Shown here one piece after another: positions 19,772-30,602 of a stretch of DNA of 64,000 bases. How positions within the stretch are numbered: position 1 is the first letter of the stretch; every line of letters starts with the position of its first letter. The stretch lies in IMG/VR virus record IMGVR_UViG_3300033153_010326, positions 1 to 64,000 of that record. One strand, given 5' to 3'. Source of the DNA: a virus. The notes below the pieces were generated by a model that saw only the letters and a program-made list of their open reading frames with translations, was not told where the DNA came from and ran no database searches. The translations under genes and the position numbers were made by a program.

Positions 19772-19804
19772 AGTATACCACATAAACCCCTCCAAGTGCA
19801 AGTG
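19772..19804 (-). promoter_or_regulatory. promoter, TTGCAC-N18-TATACT class
   Basis: CACTTGCACTTGG...TGTGGTATACT; one of four copies. Confidence 0.7.
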
Positions 19805-19890
19805 AATTGGGTACTTATTTTAAAATAAATAGAAAAAAAGGGCTAGATTTTACTCTAACCCTTTTACTATCAACAGTTTATATCAAAAAT

Positions 19891-20049
19891 CTACTTTTTT
19901 ATGCCAAAAACTCCTCTAACCCCTTTCGCCACGAAAGAGGAAAGCCACTCTATCAAATTTCCCACTAGCTCCACTCCTCTAGCAATATATTCACCTGCTA
20001 TTTGAAGCCCTGCTAAAACCTTCTTTAAAACCTCAAGAATCTTATTCAT
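19891..20049 (-). CDS. 52-aa amphipathic helical peptide (not in ORF track)
   Basis: MNKILEVLKKVLAGLQIAGEYIARGVELVGNLIEWLSSFVAKGVRGVFGIKK; GGAGGT RBS upstream. Confidence 0.6.
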   Translation of the reverse strand: MNKILEVLKKVLAGLQIAGEYIARGVELVGNLIEWLSSFVAKGVRGVFGIKK

Positions 20050-20055
20050 TATGAT

Positions 20056-20832
20056 TTACCTCCATTTTTTTAATAAATTTTTAATTCTCTCTTCTGCTAT
20101 CTTACAATATTTAAAGTCTAATTCTATTCCTATAAAATTTCGTTTTGTATTTATACAAGCTAAAGCAGTAGTTCCTGAACCTATACAATTATCTAATACT
20201 AATTCTCCTTTATTAGTATAAGTTTTTATTAGATATTCAAAAAGAGCTACTGGTTTTTGAGTGGGATGTAATGCTTTTTTTCCTATAATATTAGGAAATT
20301 CTAATACATTATGAGGAAATCCTGTAAAAGCCTCATATTCTTTACCAATTTGATTAGGTCTGGCTCCCATTGTTCTTCCATGTGCTACAGCAGTTATTTT
20401 TTTCTTTCCTATAGATTTTATTCCTTGAGGATTATATATCATTCTTTTATCTCCTAATAAAGACAAATGTCCCATTGGAGCTTTACTAAAAACACAACAT
20501 TCTTCTATTGCAGTCATAGGTTTATTTTTTGCATGTTGCCAACCATTAGGTTTAGATTTCTTCCAATACCAACAATATTTAAACCTTTTTATATTAGAAG
20601 TAATAAGTAAAGTTGTAAAAGGTTGACTAGCTGTTAATATAATCACACCATTATCTTTAATTATTCTTTCATATTCTTTCCATAATTTATTAAAAGGAAT
20701 AATAATATCCCATTTACAAGCGGTAGTTCCATAAGGTAAATCACAAAGTATCATATCAATACTTTTATCTTTAATTTTTTTCATAACTTCCAAACAATCT
20801 CCACAAGTAATCTTATTTATTAATTCTTTCAT
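20056..20832 (-). CDS. DNA N4-cytosine/N6-adenine methyltransferase (beta class)
   Basis: DLPYG catalytic motif, HPTQKP, VLDNCIGSGTT SAM-binding motif. Confidence 0.9.
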   Translation of the reverse strand: MKELINKITCGDCLEVMKKIKDKSIDMILCDLPYGTTACKWDIIIPFNKLWKEYERIIKDNGVIILTASQPFTTLLITSNIKRFKYCWYWKKSKPNGWQHAKNKPMTAIEECCVFSKAPMGHLSLLGDKRMIYNPQGIKSIGKKKITAVAHGRTMGARPNQIGKEYEAFTGFPHNVLEFPNIIGKKALHPTQKPVALFEYLIKTYTNKGELVLDNCIGSGTTALACINTKRNFIGIELDFKYCKIAEERIKNLLKKWR

Positions 20833-20845
20833 CTTTTCTCCTTAT

Positions 20846-21472
20846 TTATTTTTTAGGATATTCATAATTAAAATTCCTACCCACTACCTTAAAATACTTA
20901 CTATTCATAATATCTCTCGGAGAAATATAACCTGTGTTAATAGATATACAAATTAAAACTCTCCATATATCTAGCCAACATCTCCATATCACTTCCGAGC
21001 ATATGAGTTTTTTTTCGGAATCTAGCGGATTTGGGAGTCTTTTTAGAAATTTTCTTAATATTGGATTTTTGATTAATTTAGCAAGAACAAATAACCCAAT
21101 CATCGGAATGAAAGACAAATAATCGTAACCCTGCCCCAGCCTCTTGTTTATCCAAACTATAGTATGTCTCTTTTTAGTAGGGATGAATCTTTTTTTATAT
21201 CTTTTAAAAAGTACGTTTGTTGTTTTAGAGTTTATCCAATATTTTATAGGTTCGATTGCTAGACCTTTTAATCCAGCATGGGCTACCTTAATTTTATTAA
21301 TATCAGTATTTTCTTCCACAATAATTCCACAATGATTTGGAAGAAAAAAGTTAGGGTCTTCGCCTCCATTTTGGAGCATACGAATAGCCTTACTCATAAT
21401 TGAAAATTTAGAACGACTGTCAATGAAAACCAGCATACCAAACTTGATTTCCGAAGCTTTAATATTTCCCAA
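20846..21472 (-). CDS. permuted papain-like NlpC/P60 (YiiX/YebB-like) hydrolase
   Basis: NHCGII ... GQGYDY ... LICSE (His before Cys). Confidence 0.75.
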   Translation of the reverse strand: MGNIKASEIKFGMLVFIDSRSKFSIMSKAIRMLQNGGEDPNFFLPNHCGIIVEENTDINKIKVAHAGLKGLAIEPIKYWINSKTTNVLFKRYKKRFIPTKKRHTIVWINKRLGQGYDYLSFIPMIGLFVLAKLIKNPILRKFLKRLPNPLDSEKKLICSEVIWRCWLDIWRVLICISINTGYISPRDIMNSKYFKVVGRNFNYEYPKK

Positions 21473-21729
21473 AATTATCTCCTCGCCATTTACATACTAA
21501 TTTATAAGCTTCTACAATATGAGAAGCCGACATTCGCCCAAAAGTAGGAAAAACTTCAATTTGCCAACAAGCATATTTAGGGTGGTAAAAACTTATTCTA
21601 TCACAACAACCAAAAAATCCACGTTCTTCTGAAAATATAATCATATCATCTTTTTCAGTTACTCTATAGCCTATTCCACAAATATTAACTTCTTCAGGAA
21701 TTTGTATTTTATTTTTCATAATTTTTTCC

Positions 21730-21875
21730 TATGTGGTGATGGAGGGGAGTTGACAAATAGTATAATCTTCACTCCCCTTATGAGGAATTATTAATTAAAA
21801 TCAAGCAGTTTCAAAGCATACCAGATATTAATTAACCTTACCCCTTTCAGCAGGAATCCATCAAGTTCCCACACA
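21730..21875 (-). ncRNA. candidate multi-stem structured RNA
   Basis: Nested pairings TGTGTGG/CCACATA, TGATGGA/TCCATCA, TTAATTAA/TTAATTAA, GGGGAGT/ACTCCCC. Confidence 0.5.
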
Positions 21876-21910
21876 GCATCTTATATGACTATTATTATAT
21901 GATGCCAAAA

Positions 21911-22180
21911 TTATATTTTATCTATTGTTTTGCCTTCGTTATTCATAATATAACATACTCTGTCTGTAATTATAGTCCTAAAATGGCTCTTCAAAGTCTC
22001 AAGATTAAGAGCTTTTACCTGTTTATCTCCTTTTTGTCCTACAGGTTCTGCTTCTAAAAGAATAACAGCTTCCTTTTTCTTTGATACACTAACACTATTC
22101 CAAGAACAATATTGTGAATGTATTATCTCACACTCAAAATACGACCACGAATCTACATCATTTTTTACTTTAACTATCAT
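21911..22180 (-). CDS. conserved phage hypothetical protein
   Basis: C-terminal YIMNNEGKTIDKI motif; purine-rich leader. Confidence 0.55.
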   Translation of the reverse strand: MIVKVKNDVDSWSYFECEIIHSQYCSWNSVSVSKKKEAVILLEAEPVGQKGDKQVKALNLETLKSHFRTIITDRVCYIMNNEGKTIDKI

Positions 22181-22223
22181 AACTGCCTCTCTTTCTGTTT
22201 ATCTCTCTCCCTATTTCAATTAT

Positions 22224-22862
22224 TTATATGAGACCAAAATTTTGTAAATTAGATTCCATTAATATTTTTATATTTATATTCGGATACATTCTTTTAAATT
22301 TTTTAATTTTATTTTTAGCTTTATCACTAAAATAACCCTTAACTTCTATATATAACTTCCATTCAGGAATATAAAAATCTGGAGTATAAGTACAATCTCC
22401 TAAATCAAAAGTCTTAGATTCATACTTCCATTTATATCCACTTAAATCTAAAAAATAAGCGAATTTAATTTCCCAAGAACTTCTCATCCATATTCTTCTA
22501 TATTTTCCCCATTTTGGATAAATAACTTTTCCATAAAAAGGATTATTTACGCCAGAAATATTTCTTTGTTTCATTCTTAATTTACTTGCACAAGAAGGAC
22601 ATCTACCTTTACCATAAAGTCCAGAAGCAACACTAATTTTCTTATCACAATCTTTACAATAATAATTTTTATCTATTACTCTTTCATCTTTCCAATTTGG
22701 ATTATTTTTTTTAGAAACATCAGCATGGTTTTTACTTATTTGTTTTTTTGATGCTTTAGTGTGTTTTTTTCCATAAAAAGGATTATTTTCGTTTCTATAT
22801 TCTCCTCTTATAGATTTACAAGATGCACATTGACAAGTTTTATTTTTATGTTTTTTTCTCAT
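22224..22862 (-). CDS. NUMOD3 + PD-(D/E)XK homing endonuclease
   Basis: NPFYGKKHT; MRSSWE...YTPDFY...YIEVKG. Confidence 0.8.
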   Translation of the reverse strand: MRKKHKNKTCQCASCKSIRGEYRNENNPFYGKKHTKASKKQISKNHADVSKKNNPNWKDERVIDKNYYCKDCDKKISVASGLYGKGRCPSCASKLRMKQRNISGVNNPFYGKVIYPKWGKYRRIWMRSSWEIKFAYFLDLSGYKWKYESKTFDLGDCTYTPDFYIPEWKLYIEVKGYFSDKAKNKIKKFKRMYPNINIKILMESNLQNFGLI

Positions 22863-22872
22863 ATTAGAATTT

Positions 22873-23703
22873 TTATTTAAGCCAAAAACCTTTTCTCCTT
22901 TCTTTATTTGTTAAATCCCCCACCGTCTTAATATTTTTCTTAACTTCTTCCCATTCTCTTTCATCACAAATATCTACCATATAAATTCCATCCATAAATG
23001 TACGATTTAGCTCTTTGTAGCTCATTGTTCCATAACCTTTATTTCCCCATTGACCCCATGAATTCTTGAAAGATACTCTTTGAATATCATCATTATAAGA
23101 AACTATAACTATAGCGTGTCCCCCCATAGCTCCTTTTAATCTATCACAAAAGGTAGAATCAGGGATTCTCCCTTCCTTTTGACGTTTCCAATTACGATAT
23201 ATTTTAACTCCTATCTCTACAGGTGCTTTCACCAAACATGCTTTAAGCTCCTGCAAATTAGAAATTCGGGTATAACCTGATTCTATCTTAAAAATTTCAG
23301 CAGATTTGTCTGCTCCTTCTAAAGGTTCTCCTACTTTACCTGCAATATATTTCCAGTACTCCTCTTCACAAACTCCATTTTTCACTAATACTTTTGCGAT
23401 TGCAATTAAAGTTGTGCCTTCCTGGTGTCCTGATGCTCTTTTTGCCTTTTCGTATAAATAGCGTTCGCTCAAATCTATAAACCTACCGTAATCTATCTTC
23501 TCTTGAAATTCCTTTACGGCAATTCCAGCGAAAGAAGCACAAGCCCCCTCTGCTCCTTGATTCTTAACAGGAGACATTTGAGATGTCCAATCTACTTTTT
23601 TTGGTAATTCCTTCAATTCCTTTTGAATTAAGCTAGTACACAAATAATCTGTCGGCTTTAGTTTCGATTTATATAGTCCAAAATTAGGGTTTATATTTTT
23701 CAT
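22873..23703 (-). CDS. papain-family (C1A) cysteine protease
   Basis: VDW..PVKNQG..GAC.SFA; GGHAIVIVSY; KNSWG.WG..GY. Confidence 0.9.
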   Translation of the reverse strand: MKNINPNFGLYKSKLKPTDYLCTSLIQKELKELPKKVDWTSQMSPVKNQGAEGACASFAGIAVKEFQEKIDYGRFIDLSERYLYEKAKRASGHQEGTTLIAIAKVLVKNGVCEEEYWKYIAGKVGEPLEGADKSAEIFKIESGYTRISNLQELKACLVKAPVEIGVKIYRNWKRQKEGRIPDSTFCDRLKGAMGGHAIVIVSYNDDIQRVSFKNSWGQWGNKGYGTMSYKELNRTFMDGIYMVDICDEREWEEVKKNIKTVGDLTNKERRKGFWLK

Positions 23704-25450
23704 TTCTTTCCTCCATAAATTCGATTAACTATTTTTTCTATTGCTTTAGTATCTTTTGCTAATTCCATACAAAAATTTTTTATTCTATATTTCGATAAAA
23801 GTTTTCTTATTTGTTTTAATTCTTCTAAATCATCATTGATGCAGTCGCACCAAATATATTTTCTCATCTTTTTTACGCATTGTTTATGTGCCATTATTTA
23901 TCCTTTATTTAATAGTTCTCTTTCCCATCCATCTGAATATCCTATATGATAAATAAAATTACCTAGATAACATAAATATATTAATGCAGTTATAATTAAT
24001 ATTATATCTCTCATTTTTTATCTCCTTTATTTAAATATTTGTCGAATTAATAATGTATTCTAATTTTTTTATTTTTTCCAATAATTTTTGATTAGTTTCT
24101 TGGGCTTTTAATAATTTTTGGGATACTTCATTAAATTCAAGAAATCTTCTAGTATCTTTACAACTTTTATCCTCTATTTCTTTTTCCAATTTTTCTTCTA
24201 AATCCATTTTATCGCAAACTATTTTGCTTCTATCTTTAGTTAAATAAAGTATTTCAGTTTTAAGATTTTTTATGAATTTTTCAGCTATTTCTAATTTTCT
24301 TTTATAATTAAAACATTCAACACATGTACTATCATCTAATTTCTTTAATTCTTCTTGAGCTTTTTCTAATTCCATTTTAAGAGTAACAATTATATCATTT
24401 GCATCTGATTTTTCAGCTTTAAGGTTTTTTATTTCCTTCTCAAGTCCTTTTTGATAAGTAGCATAATGTTTTATTAATTTTTTGATTTCATAATCTATAT
24501 CAGAAAGAGCGTAAGCTATATCATAATTCATAACATCATTTACTTGAGGCTTATCTGCATTTTGGGCATAACCTAAATTCCACAATTTTTTTAATATCTT
24601 GAAAATCGCTTCTCTAATTTTATCATCCATTAGATTATTCTCCTTTAATAACTGTTACTTTTATCATTTTTTCTTATCATTTTAGGAATTTTAACAAACT
24701 TTCTACACTTATAGCAGAGTCCGTAGCCATCTACATAGGCTTCTTCTTCACAATAACTACATTTAAGCATGATATTTCTCCTCTTATTCTACATGTTCTA
24801 TAATTTTATAAAAAGAAAAATCAATATTAACTATTTCCAATGCTTTTAAAACACTTTCAGCATCTTCTCTACAATCAAATCCTTTAATACATCTATAATT
24901 ATCTCCCCAAGGAGCTGGTGTTAATTCATAAATTGCAAATATTTTCATTTTTCCCTCCTATTTACATTCATCCGCACAATCTTGGATAGCTTGATTTTTA
25001 ACACACTCTTCACAACCACTTTCAGAAGCATCTGTATAATTGTGATTATGCAATGTCATCATCTCCTCAAACTTAACTTTAAGGTCGGAAAGAGCATATC
25101 CTATACTTGCTTCTACTCCTCCCATATAAACAGGATGTTGAATATTATGTTTCATTTTTTCCAATATCTGCCTTACAGTCATCTTCTTCCTCCTTATTTA
25201 CATTCATCCTCTTTGCTTAAATCAAAATACTCTGCCCCTCTAATAACCTGACGTTGAAACTCGCTAAAAAGCTGTATCGCTTTACGAGTGGTTTTATCCA
25301 ATTTTAATTGTCTATAGAACTGTCCTTTCCCATCTTTCATAATCTATTCCTCCATAACTCCCTTACTAAAATTCTCTTACTAGTATATTTATTGTTCTTT
25401 TTATATCCATATAACCATCTAAATATTTTCTTTAACCGTTTTAGTATATT

Positions 25451-27181
25451 TTATTCCTCTTTTTCTTCAGGATAGTAATGTATTATTTTTCTATCTACTA
25501 TCTTTACTCCACAAGTACATCCATAACTATAATTTATTGTTACATTAACTTGAATAGGATTTTCATATCCTACTTGAGAAATAGGGTCTATTGGAAAAAT
25601 TTCCCAAGAAGTCTTAATCATTATTTTATTACATTTTGGACATTTATATATCTTTGTCTCTGATTTTTTGTTATCATCAATTATTTTCTTTTTAATATCA
25701 GAATGGTCAAGCAAATATACAAGAGCTTGTTTAAATGCTGAAAGTTTTTGACATTGATTTTCGTAAGTAAAACTTGCTTTATTTTCAAATCCGTCTTTGC
25801 AATGAATATCCTTTACTAAAATAGCAGAACCTATTCCATTATGACAACAAATACTAAGCCAATAAGGATGACGATAATGAGTAATTTCCTGCATTATATT
25901 ATCTGCTTCCTCATCCCAACAAGTAACTTTATCAATCCTTGCTCTAAGTTCATCATACTTATCCACTTTAACCTCCTCTTTAACTTTACAATCTAATACA
26001 TCCAAATGCTTTTCTTCTATTTTATAACCTTCTAACAGGCTCTTTAATACCTTTACCATATTCTCTTCAGCAGTAATAGCTTCTTCTTTGGTATTTGCTT
26101 GTTGAATTTTTTTCCAAGCCGAACCCTCTTTATCGCATTTTTGATTTGCTATCTTAAGTGGACATTTTTGGCAATCTAGGTTTTTTTCTCCACCAAAGTT
26201 AAAACATAAAGCACAATCTACAGCTTGATAACTTATTATTTTTTCACCAATAAGGAAATATTTTACCCCACAGTCAGAAATAAATTTTCCTTTTAAAGTT
26301 TTTAATTTATGTAAATTATCCTCATGATGAATAATACTATCTATAATTGCTTTAGTAGTTGATTCATCATATTTTGGTGTAGTGTTAGGGATTTTTTTAA
26401 GATATTCAGTTGTTAAAGTAGAACACCAACCTTCGTTTTCTTTATTTTGAAAACATAAGGCATTAGTATCGGAATATTTTTTTCTTAAAATACCTTTTTT
26501 CCCTATATAACAACTTTTACAACGACCTCTAAAGTGACATTTAGGTAATTTAATTATTTCTACAGGGTCTCCTTCTTTAAACTCTTCTTCTATCTTTTTT
26601 AAACCATTAATACCTATTAAAATTTCTGCTCTTCTATCTTCTAATCGTACAAGAGCTATTGAAGGATTATGGTAAGGACTTCTTAAGTGTGGAGCTATTT
26701 TTACAATATGACCAGTTTCTCCATTTATAGCTCTTTCTCCATCTATCCAATCTTTTGCTCCCATAGATTTCGCCTGTTCAATATACTGAAAATATCCCGC
26801 TCCTTTGTTAATTATTTCAACTCTATCTCCTACCTTTAAATTCTCCATACAATCCTCCATAATTATTTTTTTTTCATGTATATTACCAATAATTTTAGCA
26901 TGTTTAAATTTAATATTATAAACTCCTAAACTTCTAATATCTAATATAGCTACTTTTAAATTTTCTCCTCCATCTATACTTATTTCTAATATATCCCCTT
27001 CATATATATCCGTTCCATCTCTATCCTGCTTTCCAATATATTGCCCTACCGTAATTACTTGAACTTCATATTGTTCTTTATTCTTATCAAAAATTAAAGG
27101 ATAATCTCTACCTTGTAATAAATCCCCATAAGCCCATTTACAACCATATATACATAATCCTCTAAATTTATTTTCTCTCAT
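25451..27181 (-). CDS. YopX-like domain fused (via an A9 run) to a multi-domain hypothetical protein
   Basis: KFRG..W.YG..TVGQYIG..D..G..IYEGDI..IIGNIHE YopX motif; internal GGAGG + ATG at 26848. Confidence 0.6.
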   Translation of the reverse strand: MRENKFRGLCIYGCKWAYGDLLQGRDYPLIFDKNKEQYEVQVITVGQYIGKQDRDGTDIYEGDILEISIDGGENLKVAILDIRSLGVYNIKFKHAKIIGNIHEKKIIMEDCMENLKVGDRVEIINKGAGYFQYIEQAKSMGAKDWIDGERAINGETGHIVKIAPHLRSPYHNPSIALVRLEDRRAEILIGINGLKKIEEEFKEGDPVEIIKLPKCHFRGRCKSCYIGKKGILRKKYSDTNALCFQNKENEGWCSTLTTEYLKKIPNTTPKYDESTTKAIIDSIIHHEDNLHKLKTLKGKFISDCGVKYFLIGEKIISYQAVDCALCFNFGGEKNLDCQKCPLKIANQKCDKEGSAWKKIQQANTKEEAITAEENMVKVLKSLLEGYKIEEKHLDVLDCKVKEEVKVDKYDELRARIDKVTCWDEEADNIMQEITHYRHPYWLSICCHNGIGSAILVKDIHCKDGFENKASFTYENQCQKLSAFKQALVYLLDHSDIKKKIIDDNKKSETKIYKCPKCNKIMIKTSWEIFPIDPISQVGYENPIQVNVTINYSYGCTCGVKIVDRKIIHYYPEEKEE

Positions 27182-28684
27182 TATTCTATTCCTAATATTT
27201 TTTGGTGTATTTTTTTCACTTTATTTTGGTCTATTGTAATATTTACCCAAAGCTTACCATCCTTAATATAACTCTTAGATATTTTCCCTATTCTTTTGCT
27301 TTTCAAAGTAACTTTCTCATCTGCAAATTCTATTTTTTTAGTTCTAATATTAAAATATATATAATCACCTAATTTCATAATTATCCTCCCCAATAAACAA
27401 TACAACCTGCATAAGTCAAAATAATTATAATAATTAATATCAATTTAAGAATACTAATAGTAGCACCTTTTTCAATATAATCCATTCTATCCCAATCCTC
27501 ATCTTTATCTTTTCTTCTTCCTTTTGAAGTATCTTTATTTACTCCCCATATAAATTTTTTATTACATTTATAACATTTAGGAAAAACTACGAAAGTATTA
27601 GTACAATTATGATAATTACATTTAGGACAATCCCAATAATATATTTTTTCTATTACATAATCTACTTTTTTAAGTTTTTTTGAATATTCCTCATCAAACC
27701 TCTTACGGAATTCTTTATCCTTCATCAACTTATCCATATAAGTTTTATTTTTTTTCATTTCTTAAATATCCTTATAATTTACTTTTTTAAGTTTTGGCAT
27801 TATTTACTCGTTTTTAATTGACGTTCTATAATCTTTTGGATTTGTTTTTGTTGAGTCTCCCAAGTATAATCTTTAGCGTGATATCCAAACCAGTGCTCAA
27901 AAGATTTCCATACCTTAGTCCAATTAATTTTCTTTTTCATTTTTTCTCCTTCTCTGGATATTTCATTGTTCTATCTATATTAGAATCGGAAATAAAAGCC
28001 CAATAAATAAGAGCACTATATAAAAATATTCCTATTATTATACTTCCAATAATATAATTTGCCATATTTATTCCTTTTTATTTAGAAATAGATTAAACCA
28101 AATCTAATAAAAAATATTCCTATAGTAATCAATATAACATATTTCCAACCATCTACTTTAGTAGAATACATTATACATATAGTACCTATACCCATAAATA
28201 CAAAATTTATAAAAAGCTGTATTAAATTCATTTTATTTTTGTAACTCCTTTTCCTCTTTCATTTTTTTAATAAGTTTAGATAATCATATAAGTTCTTCAT
28301 GAACCTGTTTTTTTAATTTCACTATTATCTCCTTTTAAAATCTTTTTTGAGTAAGCCAACTTCTGCTAAAACATCTCTTTGTAATCATATATATATAATC
28401 AACTATAGTCACTTTCTACGAAAAAGTGGCTTAAACTGATTTTATTCCTCCTTACTTTAAATTATTGCTAATAGGTTCTTACCTAGAAACGTCTTTCTAG
28501 GTTAGTAACATCCCTATTCGCTAACGGATTCATTATCAAATCTTCAGGTATACCTGACGTTACACGACTAATAATGAAGGGCTTCCATATTGTCAAAGAG
28601 AAGATGGAGAGGGTTTTTAACGATTTATGAGAACTTTCAGCTCAGTTGCACTCTCCATAGTTATCATCTTCTTCTCTATAATTA

Positions 28685-28717
28685 AGTATACACTACAAAG
28701 TCCTTCAAGTGCAAGTG
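28685..28717 (-). promoter_or_regulatory. promoter, TTGCAC-N18-TATACT class
   Basis: CACTTGCACTTGAAGG...GTGTATACT at the head of the leftward arm. Confidence 0.7.
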
Positions 28718-28719
28718 AA

Positions 28720-30050
28720 TAGGGTATTTATTTTTAAATCCCTTAAAAAGCCCTTATATCGCATTTCGACACAAATCCCCTAACTAACCCCCTATCCCTT
28801 TCTAACTCTTTACCTACCCCCTTATCTGCTCCCTTAAACCCTATTCCTACCCTTACCCCTAACCTCTATATACCCCTTCCAATTAGTCCAGTATACTTGA
28901 TTAACCAAAATGTTAATTAGCTGTATTTACCCTCACAATAAATATGCTCCAAACCAACTCCTGATTAAGTTATCTCACTCCTAATATCTCCCTTATTAAA
29001 ATATGTTAAATAAAACCCTTCAATATCATACATAAACTTGTATAAATCCATACATATCTTTGTATACTTTATATATCCTATTACTAATGAATTACTAGTA
29101 TCTACTAATTTAGTAATATAAGTTTAGACATTAATCTAGACAATATGTCTAAATTTTATTAATTTATATTTAATAAAAGTTGACATCTATCAAGCAAATG
29201 TCAACTATAAGTTCGATTTTTATTATTAATTGATTAATTCATAAGTCCTTCATTCATCAGCATTTATGATTAAAGTCAGGCATTTGTTGTGATTTGGGGC
29301 GAAAAAGTGCTAAAATAGGGGTACTTATTGGGTGAAAAGGGGTGCTAATGCTAAGTTTAAGGGTCAATAGGAGGCTGTAAACCCTATAAAAAGGTAGTTG
29401 CTAATTAAGACCCTATACCCTTTATTGTTGTAAGTCCTTATGATATAACGATAGGCGTTATCAATAATAGATGATTATAGATATAGGTTTAATAAAGTGA
29501 TAATATTTGATTAAAAATTCAGGTCTTTTTTTTATTATAACTCATTACATTATAATAACTTACATCAATTAATTAATTAATTCATAACTCGTTATATTAC
29601 AACCATTTATAATTTAATCATCACAAATTGCTTATTTATACTAGTCTTATTTAATTAGCTTACTATTGTATTATTATTAAGCTTGTATTTAATTATTAAC
29701 ATAGTGATTATAGCATTATTTAATGAGGTATTAGCATATTATTATGATATATTTAGGGTATTATTTTAGTATTATTTACAAGAGTATTGTGGCTTTATTA
29801 GTTTATTATTTATAAAGTATCTATGGAGTTATAGTATTGTTATTATGAGCTTATTATAGTATAAAGAGTTTATAGTCTTATGGTCTTATTATGGTATTAT
29901 AATGGGCTTATTGGGATAGGTTTAAGGGGTAATTTAAGGCTTTGTTACATGGTAAGGTATAAGATGATTGATTACTGATTAAGAGCTTGTAAGGGGCTAT
30001 TAGATGGGTATTGTATAAGGTAATTGTTAATAATACAAAAAATAGATTTA
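28720..30050. other. non-coding hub at the strand switch (candidate origin, packaging site or genome end)
   Basis: No ORFs; C-rich then G-rich tracts, inverted repeats, four 25-bp quasi-palindromes. Confidence 0.5.
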
Positions 30051-30054
30051 GGGC

Positions 30055-30083
30055 TTGCCTTTTGATATTTTGTTATGTATACT
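30055..30083 (+). promoter_or_regulatory. sigma70-type early promoter
   Basis: TTGCCT-N17-TATACT. Confidence 0.7.
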
Positions 30084-30128
30084 TAGAGTAGGCACACAAA
30101 ACGGAGGTATAACAAAAGGATTAATAAA

Positions 30129-30602
30129 ATGACAAAATTAAAGGTATTAATCATGTATACTAAAAGACAAATAAAACGTAAGCAATTAATAAAAAAGATA
30201 TATAATGATTATATTAACAGTATATCCGAAATACAAAAAAATAAGAGATTATTAAAATTTCGAATAGTAGATAAAAAATTAAACCATTCATATTGCCAAA
30301 AAAATTATAGCAAAATAGATAATCGTATTATATCTATAATTATTCAAATTAATTTAAAAGATATCGCTTATTTGTCAAAAAAAGGATATTCTAATAAATA
30401 TTATTTAAATAGAGATAATCTATTATCTTTTACTAAAAATAACAAAAAATTAGGTTTACATTTTGCCATTTTACATGAAATAAAGCACGCTATAGATTGT
30501 TTAAATTATAGCATTGATAATAATACAAAAAATAATAACCATGAAAAACAAGCTGATATTTTTGCTATTAATCATTTAAAATATAAAGGTATGATAAAAT
30601 GA
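30129..30602 (+). CDS. HExxH zincin-like protein
   Basis: ILHEIKH ... EKQADIFA. Confidence 0.65.
   Translation: MTKLKVLIMYTKRQIKRKQLIKKIYNDYINSISEIQKNKRLLKFRIVDKKLNHSYCQKNYSKIDNRIISIIIQINLKDIAYLSKKGYSNKYYLNRDNLLSFTKNNKKLGLHFAILHEIKHAIDCLNYSIDNNTKNNNHEKQADIFAINHLKYKGMIK

Noticed and set aside
21730-21860. canonical tRNA or tmRNA gene
   Set aside because: Ends in CCA but lacks a proper TTCRA T-loop and normal arm lengths; kept only as a candidate structured RNA.
28600-28680. c-di-GMP-II riboswitch (AGTGCAAC motif)
   Set aside because: The upstream GGGCAC pseudoknot partner and the rest of the consensus are absent.
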